64,000 nt of DNA from Desulfatiglandales bacterium (lineage in GTDB: Bacteria; Desulfobacterota; DSM-4660; Desulfatiglandales; Desulfatiglandaceae). The position numbers were made by a program, and so were the translations under genes. Positions 1 through 9,300 of the stretch are shown here, piece after piece. How positions within the stretch are numbered: the first letter of the stretch is position 1; each line of letters begins with the position of its first letter. Location: contig OY759599.1 in the NCBI GenBank assembly GCA_963662465.1, positions 736,001 to 800,000 on the forward strand. Reading direction: 5' to 3'. The notes beneath the pieces are model-generated. The model ran no database searches, was not told the origin of the DNA, and saw only the letters and a program-made list of their open reading frames with translations.

Positions 1-2736
1 CCGTTGCACCGCTGATGCCATCCGCCGGATGTGGGGATTTTCCGACTCGGTAAAGGGTGTTAAAAAATGGGGCGTCAGATCGCCGGGACTCTCCGTGGTC
101 ATGAGAGAAAGGGTGAGCAGGGACGTCACCCAGTCCCCTTTGGTCAGAAGATGTGAAAACAGCGCCCCATGGCTCGCACCCGGATCAGGAAGGGAAAAAT
201 GCCGGTTCCCGATTTTAAGACGATCTTCGATCGGCATCTCATCCAGAAGCGGCAGCAGAATTCGGGCAAGAGCGGGGTCCACCACATTGCCCAGCGCCTC
301 GATGCTGTTGGCGCGCCGGCGGGGGTCCAGGGAGGAAAGGCCTCTCCACAGAATGCGCATCCGTCCCGATAGGTCTTGAATGGAAAGGACACGGAGGATG
401 TTTTCAACGTTGATATTATTCTCCTGACCCAGATGATCCATGAGGATATCCCGCCGGGGGTTTTGAGGCCACAATCCAAGCGCCTGGGAAACGGCAAGAC
501 ATTCATAACTTTTTTCAACCCGGGCTCTTGCATAGCGGTAAACATCCAGATCCTTGACATTCAACGTTGCCAGAACCTGAAAAAGGCCCTCACGCACTCT
601 CCGTCCGGGGAGACTGAGAGATTCCACCAAAACCAGGGGATCCTGGTAATCGCTGTTTTGAACCATTTCCATGGCCTTTGCGCTGATTTCCGGCGCAGGA
701 TCTCCCATGAGGGCAATGGCCCTTACGAGACACTGATCATCCTGAATATGCAAGGCCGAAAGCGCCGCCAGGCGGACCCGGTCCGAAGGATGGGACAAAT
801 AGGAAAATGCGGCGCCGTTATGTTGCGGATCTTTAAGCTGCCCCAGGGATCGAAGAAGAGCGCAGAGGATGTCCGAGTCTTTTTCAGCAGCGAGCATCTT
901 CCGAAGCATCTCAACAAATGCAGTATTTCCGGACTCCCCTGAGGCGATCACCCCGGCCCATCTGTCCGCGGGCGTTTTCGACTGGAGTAAGGACAAAATC
1001 ACTTGCAGATACTTCTCCGGTTCGCCGCCATAAAGCCCGGCCAGGGCATATCCCTTTATTTCCGGGGACAAAACGGACTGGAAACGTTCCAGATTCCAGG
1101 TCCGGCTGATTTCCGGTGAGAACCGATTGGCGGCCTTCGTCATGGCCAGTAGAAACTGGGGATCAGCGGCATTCGCCAGTTCAATGAAAACCGGGATGGC
1201 CTCTTTTCCCGACCGAGGGGTCAGAAAATTGAGCAGGCCGATGCGCGTTTCCGAATCCTCCTTTCTCAGTACCTTTAAAACCGCATCGTCAAAACCGGGA
1301 ACATCCTGGTCCCGCAGAAGCGCCCCATACCACAGGCAATCCTTTCCCCTGGCGGAAAGGAAGCGGTCCAGAAGCTGTATCTGCACCTTTTTGTCCTTGA
1401 AAATACGCACCGCGTCCCCCGATTCCAGGGATTTCAGGTCCAGCATATTCCGGCTGATGAGATCCAAAAGGATCCGGGAATAGTGCCTTTTGAGGATAAA
1501 ATCAAAGGAGAGCCACACCCCCATGCAGACCAGGGCGATAATGGAAAGGTAGCGCGGATGGAACAGATCCCCCAGAAACAGAATGAGCCCCGATCCCACC
1601 AGGGTGCCGATCCTCACAACGGTCCCCCTGAGAAAAGGCCTGACAACGGCCCGCTGGGAGGAATGGAACAACCCCATGAGAACGGCCATGGCCGGGGTGT
1701 TGATGGTGGTCCGAAGCACATTGGTGGATATCCTGGCATACATGGCCGAGTAAATATCAAATCGGAACAGGAGTGCCAGAAAAGCGATGGCGTAGTTAAA
1801 GGGATGAATCATGAGGGCCACGGGGATCCCCCATTTTCCATAGAGTTTTCCCACGAAAAGGAGGACCACCAGGCTGATGGTGTTCAAGAATCCCCGGAAA
1901 ACCGCAAAGAATTTGATCATGCCCCCTTCCGTGGCGTAGCTCTGGTTCACCGCGAAATTGAACTGGTAATTGATGATGGTAATGACGATATTGGCCATCA
2001 GGGAGAAAACAATGAGCACCTGGACCAGAGTGGATTCTTTCATGAGCGGGAGAATCTTTCTGAATTCCTGAACCATATTCGTTCGGGATTTCCCCTTCTT
2101 CCGGTCGGTCTGATCCTGTATCAGGAGCGTGGGGTAGAGATGCCCCATTCGGTGAACCACGGCAGCCGCCATCAGGGAGAGGACAAAATAGGCCAGAAGG
2201 AGGTTGTCCACACGAATCAGTTTCGCCAGGGGAGAGGTGGCAAAACTCCCCAGGATGGCGCCGATCACACCACCCGCGGTCATCAGGGGGAAAATCCGCT
2301 TGGATTGACGTGTATTGAAAAGATCGTTGGCCATATTCCAGAAGACCAGGGCCAAAAGCACTTCCAGCTGGCTCTTCAACAAAAAGAGAACCGGATAGAT
2401 GAGATCATAACCGAGCGGTATGGCAAACCGCAGACTCCCCACCAGGGCGCCGCTTCCCACCAGCATATAGGACAGAAGCCGGCTGTCCGGCATCCTGGCC
2501 ATGATTCCCGTGAGCACCCCCATGATGAAAAAAGTGACAACGGCGTTGATCATGTACATGATGGGGAGATATTGCACCCCGTAGCGTTTCAGGAAAGCCG
2601 TCTCGGCGGTGTTGGTAAAGAGAATATTCCCCACATGTATTATGAAGAGCAGCAGGGCCGCCCAGAGAAAAAGGGCGGTTTCTTCCTCGTAAAGATTGAG
2701 CCATTTCCAAACCCGGCGAAGCATTCCATCACCCAT
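1..2736 (-). CDS. Npt1/Npt2 (TLC, ATP/ADP translocase-like) MFS nucleotide transporter domain fused to HEAT-repeat region; 3' end runs off the window
   Basis: Not in the ORF track because it has no stop in the window. Manual minus-strand translation from ATG 2736 (or 2724) is open to position 1: MLRRVWKWLNLYEEETALFFWAALLLFIIHVGNILFTNTAETAFLKRYGVQYLP...FWNMANDLFNTRQSKRIFPLMTAGGVIG...NYQFNF, followed by HEAT-like helices (YLSHPSDRVRLAALSAL, DPRRRANSIEALGN). The + strand ORFs 376..942 and 1483..2748 are its antisense shadows. Confidence 0.8.
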   Translation of the reverse strand, partial: MGDGMLRRVWKWLNLYEEETALFLWAALLLFIIHVGNILFTNTAETAFLKRYGVQYLPIMYMINAVVTFFIMGVLTGIMARMPDSRLLSYMLVGSGALVGSLRFAIPLGYDLIYPVLFLLKSQLEVLLALVFWNMANDLFNTRQSKRIFPLMTAGGVIGAILGSFATSPLAKLIRVDNLLLAYFVLSLMAAAVVHRMGHLYPTLLIQDQTDRKKGKSRTNMVQEFRKILPLMKESTLVQVLIVFSLMANIVITIINYQFNFAVNQSYATEGGMIKFFAVFRGFLNTISLVVLLFVGKLYGKWGIPVALMIHPFNYAIAFLALLFRFDIYSAMYARISTNVLRTTINTPAMAVLMGLFHSSQRAVVRPFLRGTVVRIGTLVGSGLILFLGDLFHPRYLSIIALVCMGVWLSFDFILKRHYSRILLDLISRNMLDLKSLESGDAVRIFKDKKVQIQLLDRFLSARGKDCLWYGALLRDQDVPGFDDAVLKVLRKEDSETRIGLLNFLTPRSGKEAIPVFIELANAADPQFLLAMTKAANRFSPEISRTWNLERFQSVLSPEIKGYALAGLYGGEPEKYLQVILSLLQSKTPADRWAGVIASGESGNTAFVEMLRKMLAAEKDSDILCALLRSLGQLKDPQHNGAAFSYLSHPSDRVRLAALSALHIQDDQCLVRAIALMGDPAPEISAKAMEMVQNSDYQDPLVLVESLSLPGRRVREGLFQVLATLNVKDLDVYRYARARVEKSYECLAVSQALGLWPQNPRRDILMDHLGQENNINVENILRVLSIQDLSGRMRILWRGLSSLDPRRRANSIEALGNVVDPALARILLPLLDEMPIEDRLKIGNRHFSLPDPGASHGALFSHLLTKGDWVTSLLTLSLMTTESPGDLTPHFLTPFTESENPHIRRMASAVQR

Positions 2737-3477
2737 TACTGCCTTTAGACGGAGGAACGATGAAAAGATAGTTTGACCTGAGAAAGTGGAGAACATTTTA
2801 ATCTCGATTTGACATAAGAAAATAGGTGATCGCTAACTAACTTATTTTCAATAACAAACTACCAGATCAAGCTTTGAATACATCATATATCGAAACACCA
2901 GACGTCGCAATTGAAAAAGATAAATGGGATCGCGCCAATACGGCGAAACTTGTTTGTGATTTCCTAAAATTCCGTCACATTCAATGTGAGAGATTATCTC
3001 TCAAAATATTGGAATTTAAAGGTCATCACGATTTAGCCGACAGCAGCCCGCAACAATAACCGTCTTTTCCCATAGATTTTTGCGAAGGTTGTCTACATAT
3101 ATATCGGAATATCCAGTTTGACAGATCGAAACCAATACCCTATGCTGCGCCAATAATCCCTGCAAGGAGTCTTTCGCATGTATCGGTTTTTCGGCTTTAC
3201 CTGAGTGTATATCAATTTACTGCCCGTGTTTGGCAGGCGCAGGGTATGGCCGGAAAACTGACTCATCCTGTTTTATCTGCATTTTTACCCTTAGCGACTG
3301 CAAGGAGGTCCTCGGCTACGCGAGGACCGTCGGGGCGCCGATTTTAGAATATCCGGATGCCATTGGGTTCACCTGCCGAGAGGGGGACATCTGGATTCTG
3401 AAGATGAACAAGGATTAATAAAATGGTAGGGATTATTGCAGGTAAATCATTTTTTTGAAAGAGGAGGTATGTTGGTC

Positions 3478-3987
3478 ATGAACAGAAGGATATTTGTCTT
3501 AGTGGCGTTTTGTGCGGTGTTTTCGTTTCAGTTTGTTTCAGGCTCCATTGGTTTCTGCAAAGGCATTAATGAGGTTGAAACAGAAAAAATCGCTGTCGAT
3601 CTGGTTAGAGACGTTCAAAAAGGCGGTTATGGCATTGTCCGCACGGATGAACTGAAAAAGTGGATGGATCAGAAGAAGAATCTGCTTATCGTTTTCACCG
3701 GTCCTGAGGCCGGTTACAAAAAGGGACATTACCCCGGTGCGGTTCAATTTGAATTTCCCATACCCGAGCTGAAAGAAATGGGCGAAGCGGAAAAGGCCGC
3801 CTTTATCAAGCTGCTGGGACCTGACAAGGACCGCGTACTGGTCTTTTACTGCGGTTTTACCAAATGCACGCGCTCGCATAACGGCGCCGTGTGGGCTAAG
3901 AAAAACGGCTACAAAAACGTCTACCGCTGTCCGGGCGGAATCAAGGGATGGACGGAGGCCGGTTTCCCGGTTGAAAAGAGCAATTAG
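3478..3987 (+). CDS. Exported rhodanese-like domain protein (sulfurtransferase)
   Basis: GAGGAGG RBS at 3461-3467; N-terminal signal-like segment; KGHYPGA, VFYCGFTKCTRSH active-site loop and PGGIKGW rhodanese motifs. Confidence 0.85.
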   Translation: MNRRIFVLVAFCAVFSFQFVSGSIGFCKGINEVETEKIAVDLVRDVQKGGYGIVRTDELKKWMDQKKNLLIVFTGPEAGYKKGHYPGAVQFEFPIPELKEMGEAEKAAFIKLLGPDKDRVLVFYCGFTKCTRSHNGAVWAKKNGYKNVYRCPGGIKGWTEAGFPVEKSN

Positions 3988-4133
3988 GGTTGAGAGGCGC
4001 CGTTTTGTCGAACTGCCATTCCGGGAAGCAACAATCGATTTCCCGGGGTGGCAGTTTCCTGAGTGACATGTTTGAGTGGTGAGACTGGCAGGAGATGTAC
4101 GACATAGACTTTCTCGCTTTGCGTTTACACCGC

Positions 4134-4856
4134 TCATGTGGAAACCGGTGGAACAATGCAGTCCCCCGTTCTTCCAAGCAAATGATTACCCGAAGCCGAT
4201 TGAAAACGGCATTGATCCAGAAGGTCGTTAATACCCTCATAAATCAGTTTAACATCTCCGCGCACATCGGGACCGGAACAGCGACGCATGGCGTCTCCCG
4301 TCTGGTGAGCGGATATAACCCCATGGATTTCTTCCAGGGGGCCCACTAGATTCCTTGAAACCGTTCGCTTAAACAGCATCCCGGCGAAGAAAACATTGAC
4401 GGCCATGAACACCACCCCCCAGGCGCCGGCATTCCCGAATTGCCGGGCGCGACGGTCCGCAGCGATCATGGCCTCTCGATTGATCTTTCCCAAACGGACA
4501 ATGGCCGCCACCGTCTTTTGCCGAGCGTCTCCGTTTCCCAGAAAAGCATCGGCATAGTGGGCTCGGATGGATTCCAGCGCCGCGGGCTCATCCTTTTCGG
4601 TGATGTTCTTTTGAGCGTGTTCCAGGGCATTTAAGAAAGTCACCCGCAACGGCGGGTTTCCGTGGACGTCATGGCTGAGCATGGCCAGCGACGCCAGCAT
4701 TTCCTCACATGCCTCCAGAGACCGCTCGTTACGTTCAATGATCATCTCGATGGCCGGCGCCATGCGCACAAAAATCCAGATGCATCCCAACGCCATGAGG
4801 AGATTGAGCCCGATCAGCAGCCATGCGCCCATGCGAACGGATTGTACAATTTTCAT
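4134..4856 (-). CDS. Two-TM membrane protein with periplasmic four-helix-bundle sensor-like domain, last gene of the Ktr/Trk operon
   Basis: TM helices near residues 10-32 and 145-165; IERNERSLEACEEML and NITEKDE resemble KinB/4HB sensor modules; starts 2 nt after the trkA stop. Confidence 0.6.
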   Translation of the reverse strand: MKIVQSVRMGAWLLIGLNLLMALGCIWIFVRMAPAIEMIIERNERSLEACEEMLASLAMLSHDVHGNPPLRVTFLNALEHAQKNITEKDEPAALESIRAHYADAFLGNGDARQKTVAAIVRLGKINREAMIAADRRARQFGNAGAWGVVFMAVNVFFAGMLFKRTVSRNLVGPLEEIHGVISAHQTGDAMRRCSGPDVRGDVKLIYEGINDLLDQCRFQSASGNHLLGRTGDCIVPPVST

Positions 4857-4858
4857 GG

Positions 4859-5518
4859 TTACACGCCCTCCATCAGTCTGGGGATGGCTGCTTCAGTGGA
4901 AACAATCACCAGCTTATCTCCCGCCTGCAACGGTTGGTCGGGGATGGGTTGCACCAACCGACCCGGCGCGCCGCGACGGATGGCCGCCACCATAACGCCG
5001 AACCGTTTTGGGAGCGCAAGCATGATGAGATTTTGTCCCACCATTGACGGCTGAACAAGAATCTCGGTGAGGTGCAGGTCGTCTCCAATGGATGTTTCAG
5101 CAATGATATGGCGGTAAAGGAGGCGATTGGCGAAACGCTGTCCAAACTCCTGCTCCGGATTGATGATTTGATGTGCCCCCACCAGTTGCAGAATACGCTG
5201 ATGCATCTTATCATCGGCCCGTGAAACCACGAAAGGGGCGCCCATTTGACGCAGCAGGGCCGTACAGATAATGGATGATTCCTTGGAATCATCCCCGATG
5301 GCGCAGACCACGGCATCTCTTTTCTCAGGCCCCAGACGCGCCAGTTCGTTTTCATCAGCGGCATTGACCACCAGGGCTTCCGCCACAAAGGCGGAGGCTT
5401 CTTCCACCAGACTTTTCCGGGAATCCACCGCCAGCACCTCGGCGCCTTTCTCCGATAACGTTCGCGCCAGGGACATGCCGAACCGACCCAGCCCGATAAT
5501 CAATATTTGTTGGGCCAT
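4859..5518 (-). CDS. trkA: TrkA/KtrA family K+ uptake NAD-binding regulatory subunit
   Basis: IIGLGRFG Rossmann motif, RCK_N plus RCK_C layout; start placed at MAQQ (ATG 5518). Confidence 0.9.
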   Translation of the reverse strand: MAQQILIIGLGRFGMSLARTLSEKGAEVLAVDSRKSLVEEASAFVAEALVVNAADENELARLGPEKRDAVVCAIGDDSKESSIICTALLRQMGAPFVVSRADDKMHQRILQLVGAHQIINPEQEFGQRFANRLLYRHIIAETSIGDDLHLTEILVQPSMVGQNLIMLALPKRFGVMVAAIRRGAPGRLVQPIPDQPLQAGDKLVIVSTEAAIPRLMEGV

Positions 5519-5538
5519 ATGTCTTACTCTCCTTATGA

Positions 5539-7554
5539 TCAGCTTAAAGTAATTTTGGCATCCGGACACCGTGAAACCGGCGCTGAGACATCTTCGCTCA
5601 AGACCATGAAGAGGGTCATGGGACCGACACGTCCGGCAAACATGGCCATCATGATGATCACCTTTCCAATTTCATCAAGCCCGGCCGTAGCGCCCGTGGA
5701 CAACCCCACCGTGCCAATGGCCGAAGTGGCCTCGAAAATAATGTCCCGTCCTGATATCTGCTGCGTCACTTCAAGCATCAGCACCACCGCAAACCAGACC
5801 ACCGCAACAGAACCGACAATGGTGATGGCACGGAAAACAATCGCCGAAGGAAGCCTTCGATTCTGAAATATGACGCTGTTGCGATTGTTGATGTTGGCCC
5901 AGAAGGTCATGGCCAGGATTCCGATGGTGGTCGTCTTGACCCCGCCGGCGGTTCCCCCGGGACTCCCGCCGATGAACATGAACCAGATCATCACCATGAA
6001 TGTGGGGCTGATCACACCCGCCACATCCACGGAATTGAATCCCGCGGTGCGAAGGGTCGCCGATTGGAACCAGGCATTGTGAATTTTGTCGCCCACGGAC
6101 AATCCGGATAAAACACCGTTCCATTCAAAGGCCAGAAAGAAAAACGTCCCGGAAATCAGCATGACGGCCGTGGTGGTGAGTGCGATACGAGGCGCAATGG
6201 GAATGCGCCTGCCCATGAGCCATTTGGGGGAAATCAGACTGGTGGCGGGAGCCATTCCCCCAAAAATGATGAGGCCCGCCACCGTGTGCAAAACAAAGGG
6301 ATTGTTCTGATATGGGATCATGTTGTCGCTCTGCAGGGCAAACCCGGCGTTGCAAAAAGCGGATACGGCCGTAAATAATCCACGCCAGACAGCCTGCCCC
6401 ATGGCGTCCCCCGAGACATAAAACAACCCGGTCAACATCAGGGCGCCGATGCCTTCCGCAACAAAGGTGAACTTCAGGATGCGGACGAGGGCATCCACCA
6501 GGGTTTGGTGGTCGGTGTCCGTCATACTCGTCAGAAGACGTTCCTGGCGCAGGCTCAACCGACGTCCCATGGCATTGAGGGCAACGGCGGCGATACTCAT
6601 GATACCCACCCCCCCCAGTTGAATGAGCAAGAGAATAAACGCCTGGCCGAGAAATGTAAATGCCTCCGGGGTATCGAGCACCACCAGACCGGTGACGCAA
6701 ACCGCGCTCACGGAGGTAAAAGCCGCGTCCACAAGGGCAATTTCCCCCTGTTCAGCGGCGCCGGGAATGATTAGAAAGAGTGTGCCCAGAAAACACAATA
6801 ACAAAAAGGTGCTGAACAGCAGACGTGCCGGGTGATGGAGAAATATTTCCCACTCGTGCCCCCGTTCCTTCCAAAGGGGCGTTGAACGGGAAAGCAGCAA
6901 AATCGTTCCCAAAGAGAAAGCAATCGCCGCAACAGCCGTGTGTCCCTCATATAGCGACCCCATGAGCAAGCCCGAAAAACAAAAGCTCAGGGCGATATAG
7001 ACAGCCTTCAAACTTCCCGGCTTCCGCCGCCATGCCCAATCGATAAACAACAGTTGGGCCATCAAAGCGGATGCGGCGATGGCAACGCGAATGACGAAAG
7101 GAGGAATTTCGCCTGAAGTGATGATGGAGAACCCGACGGCGCCCACGACGGTCATCGCCGCCCATCGTGCCCGATGCAGGGAGCGGTCAGACCCGGTTCC
7201 CTTTCCCGTACCCAACCCGGGCCTAAAATCAATCAGCGCAAATGCCGCACTGATGAGCGCAACCAACCCCAGCAGGGCGGCAAAAGGATCATTCACAAGA
7301 TGGGGCCATGCGGCCAGGAAGCTGCACAGCGCTGCAACGCCACCCAGAATTCCGGCTACACGGGGATGGCGAAGCAGCAGGGCGGCGCAGACAACCCAGG
7401 AAACACCGGCAGCCGAAGCCGCGGCCAGACGCCACATGGGGGGCATGGGGCCTGTGACATCCAGATATGCCAGCATAACCGGCGCCGGCGCCCCGGCCAG
7501 CAATGCCCCCTGAACGCCGGCCCGTTTAACGGATGATGATAGTGAAGGCGTCAT
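5539..7554 (-). CDS. trkH: TrkH/KtrB family K+ uptake membrane subunit with extra N-terminal TM extension
   Basis: Pore-loop motifs SAVCVTGL, SAFCNAGF, RTAGFN, GGSPGGTAGGVKTTT and SAIGTVGLSTG. Confidence 0.92.
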   Translation of the reverse strand: MTPSLSSSVKRAGVQGALLAGAPAPVMLAYLDVTGPMPPMWRLAAASAAGVSWVVCAALLLRHPRVAGILGGVAALCSFLAAWPHLVNDPFAALLGLVALISAAFALIDFRPGLGTGKGTGSDRSLHRARWAAMTVVGAVGFSIITSGEIPPFVIRVAIAASALMAQLLFIDWAWRRKPGSLKAVYIALSFCFSGLLMGSLYEGHTAVAAIAFSLGTILLLSRSTPLWKERGHEWEIFLHHPARLLFSTFLLLCFLGTLFLIIPGAAEQGEIALVDAAFTSVSAVCVTGLVVLDTPEAFTFLGQAFILLLIQLGGVGIMSIAAVALNAMGRRLSLRQERLLTSMTDTDHQTLVDALVRILKFTFVAEGIGALMLTGLFYVSGDAMGQAVWRGLFTAVSAFCNAGFALQSDNMIPYQNNPFVLHTVAGLIIFGGMAPATSLISPKWLMGRRIPIAPRIALTTTAVMLISGTFFFLAFEWNGVLSGLSVGDKIHNAWFQSATLRTAGFNSVDVAGVISPTFMVMIWFMFIGGSPGGTAGGVKTTTIGILAMTFWANINNRNSVIFQNRRLPSAIVFRAITIVGSVAVVWFAVVLMLEVTQQISGRDIIFEATSAIGTVGLSTGATAGLDEIGKVIIMMAMFAGRVGPMTLFMVLSEDVSAPVSRCPDAKITLS

Positions 7555-7644
7555 GGAAATCCGAATAGCGCAATAATGGTTGCAGCCCCGACCTTTGAGG
7601 CTTTAAAACTTATCTCCGGATCTCTCGCCATCTCAGGGTTCGCT

Positions 7645-8037
7645 TTACAATCTTGAGGATGTCAGCTTCTTGCGGACAAAACTCAAAACCTGTCGCATCG
7701 CCTGGTCCGATTTTTCTGAAAGGTCGCTTTTGAGAACATGACCTTCCACGCCATCGTGGAAGTGATTTGGAAAGCTCTCAAGAAACCGCCATCGTTTATG
7801 AGGTGCATTGTCAAATCTGTAAATGTCCGCAGCCGGCGTCATTCGACGTTCCCAATGATAGGAATACCGACCGCTTAATGAAATATAGACATCCAGAAGT
7901 GAACCGTCCACGATATCAAGCCGGAGTTTCGTGGGGTCGCCACTCGACAAAAGCAGGATTTCAGCGTTAATCACCACGTCCCTGAATTCACTGAGTGCGA
8001 TGGCCTTCAAGACCCTGTAAGTCGTCAAGACAAGCAT
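7645..8037 (-). CDS. DUF6516/TumE-like putative toxin
   Basis: YSYHW...YRFDNAPH...FPNHFH motif typical of DUF6516; its start overlaps the 3' end of the upstream small gene. Confidence 0.7.
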   Translation of the reverse strand: MLVLTTYRVLKAIALSEFRDVVINAEILLLSSGDPTKLRLDIVDGSLLDVYISLSGRYSYHWERRMTPAADIYRFDNAPHKRWRFLESFPNHFHDGVEGHVLKSDLSEKSDQAMRQVLSFVRKKLTSSRL

Positions 8038-8320
8038 CAATCTCCTCGATGTGGGAAGAGATGTTTTCAACAACAATCAAATCTTCCCATGCGGGATGTT
8101 CAGGGATAGCTCCCACGGCAATCCCTTTTTCCAGCTCAGAGAGTGTTGAAACCCCGTAACGCGATAAAATCTCCAAACGTTCTTGCAGCGAAACACGTTG
8201 TTTGTCTTTCAAAATACTTTCCAACGCATTTCGAATAAGTTCATCTTTTCTCAACCCCAGAACCGTTGCAACCTTTTCGGCGGCACTATCATCGAATTTT
8301 GCGGTGCTGCTTATCTCCAT
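7988..8320 (-). CDS. Putative antitoxin (TumA-like) paired with the DUF6516 gene
   Basis: 110-aa helical protein with LSRYGVSTLSELE...EHPAWEDLI; GGAGG RBS about 10 nt upstream; overlaps the DUF6516 gene. Confidence 0.6.
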   Translation of the reverse strand: MEISSTAKFDDSAAEKVATVLGLRKDELIRNALESILKDKQRVSLQERLEILSRYGVSTLSELEKGIAVGAIPEHPAWEDLIVVENISSHIEEIDACLDDLQGLEGHRTQ

Positions 8321-8403
8321 CGCTTCTTTTCCTCCCATGCATCAGGGAAAACCGGAACATCGTATAGCCGAAGCCCTTTTTTTCAGTCAAACGCATTGCG
8401 ACC

Positions 8404-9258
8404 TCAAACCAGCCAGAGGGACGCCCCTTCCAGCTCCTGAAACAGGGTTCGACTGACGGAACCCACAAACACCTTCTTTAAAAAACCCATCACCTTGCCG
8501 GTCCGACCTACCGCCACGGCGGCAAAGTGTTCCGAACCGGCTTCCTTGATGATCGCCTTGCCCGCGTTGGCCTCGGGAATCACCTTGTAGGAAACCCGTT
8601 CCGCTGAAATGCCATCGGCCACCAGCATCTCCTTGCTCTTGACAAGGATGTCCTCCACCGCTTTATCCCCCACATTTCCTTTCCTGGAAACAGCCAGAAG
8701 GGTCACATTCTGGTTTTGAGCCTGCCCCAGGATGAACCCCACATGATCCAGCATGCGATGGGAGGCATCGGATCCATCTACGCAGGCCAGCACATGCTTT
8801 CGCTCGGAATCGGGCTTTCGGCAGATCCAGAGGGGAAACCCCCAATCCTTCTCGAACAAGTCGCTGGTAACGCTTTCATCAAAGGTTTGTTCCAGCCGGG
8901 TGAGCCCCCTGCGTCCCAGCACAACGGCATCATACCTGCCCTCACTCCCCTCCTGAATGATTTCATTCACCTTGGACGACATGCGGGGCCTGAGCTTGGT
9001 GAAAATCTGGCCCTCCGAAAAACCCAGTTTCCGCAAATCCTGTTTTGCCTCATTCAGCGCCTTTCGGCCGATGGCTTCTGATTTCTTATTCCGAAGTTCG
9101 GTTTCCATATCCGCCTCAAACCTTCCCGGCGGTTTGGGCGTCAGATACAGGAGGGTAATTTTCATCTTTTCCTTCTGAGCAAAGAAATTTCCCACAAACC
9201 GCACCCCAAAAAGGTTGTCATGCTTTTCACTGATCGTTATGAGCAGGTGTCTTTCCAT
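8404..9258 (-). CDS. Tandem-domain universal stress protein
   Basis: YDAVVLGRRG, VLACVDGSDAS and VAVGRTG...VFVGSVS USP motifs. Confidence 0.88.
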   Translation of the reverse strand: MERHLLITISEKHDNLFGVRFVGNFFAQKEKMKITLLYLTPKPPGRFEADMETELRNKKSEAIGRKALNEAKQDLRKLGFSEGQIFTKLRPRMSSKVNEIIQEGSEGRYDAVVLGRRGLTRLEQTFDESVTSDLFEKDWGFPLWICRKPDSERKHVLACVDGSDASHRMLDHVGFILGQAQNQNVTLLAVSRKGNVGDKAVEDILVKSKEMLVADGISAERVSYKVIPEANAGKAIIKEAGSEHFAAVAVGRTGKVMGFLKKVFVGSVSRTLFQELEGASLWLV

Positions 9259-9300
9259 CTTTTTGCATCCTCCCGTCTTTATGATGAACCATCATTTTAC

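Noticed and set aside
29..2748. + strand ORFs including the 421-aa ORF 1483..2748
   Set aside because: Antisense shadows of the minus-strand transporter-HEAT gene; His/Gln/Gly-rich non-protein-like composition
2874..3059. 61-aa ORF vaguely resembling an HTH transposase N-terminus
   Set aside because: Short and degenerate, with no catalytic motif or terminal repeats to support it
3230..3418. 62-aa ORF upstream of the rhodanese gene
   Set aside because: TTG start, no RBS, no recognisable family; possibly a remnant
7555..7644. Possible c-di-AMP (ydaO) riboswitch upstream of trkH
   Set aside because: Interval is short and lacks the conserved riboswitch motifs
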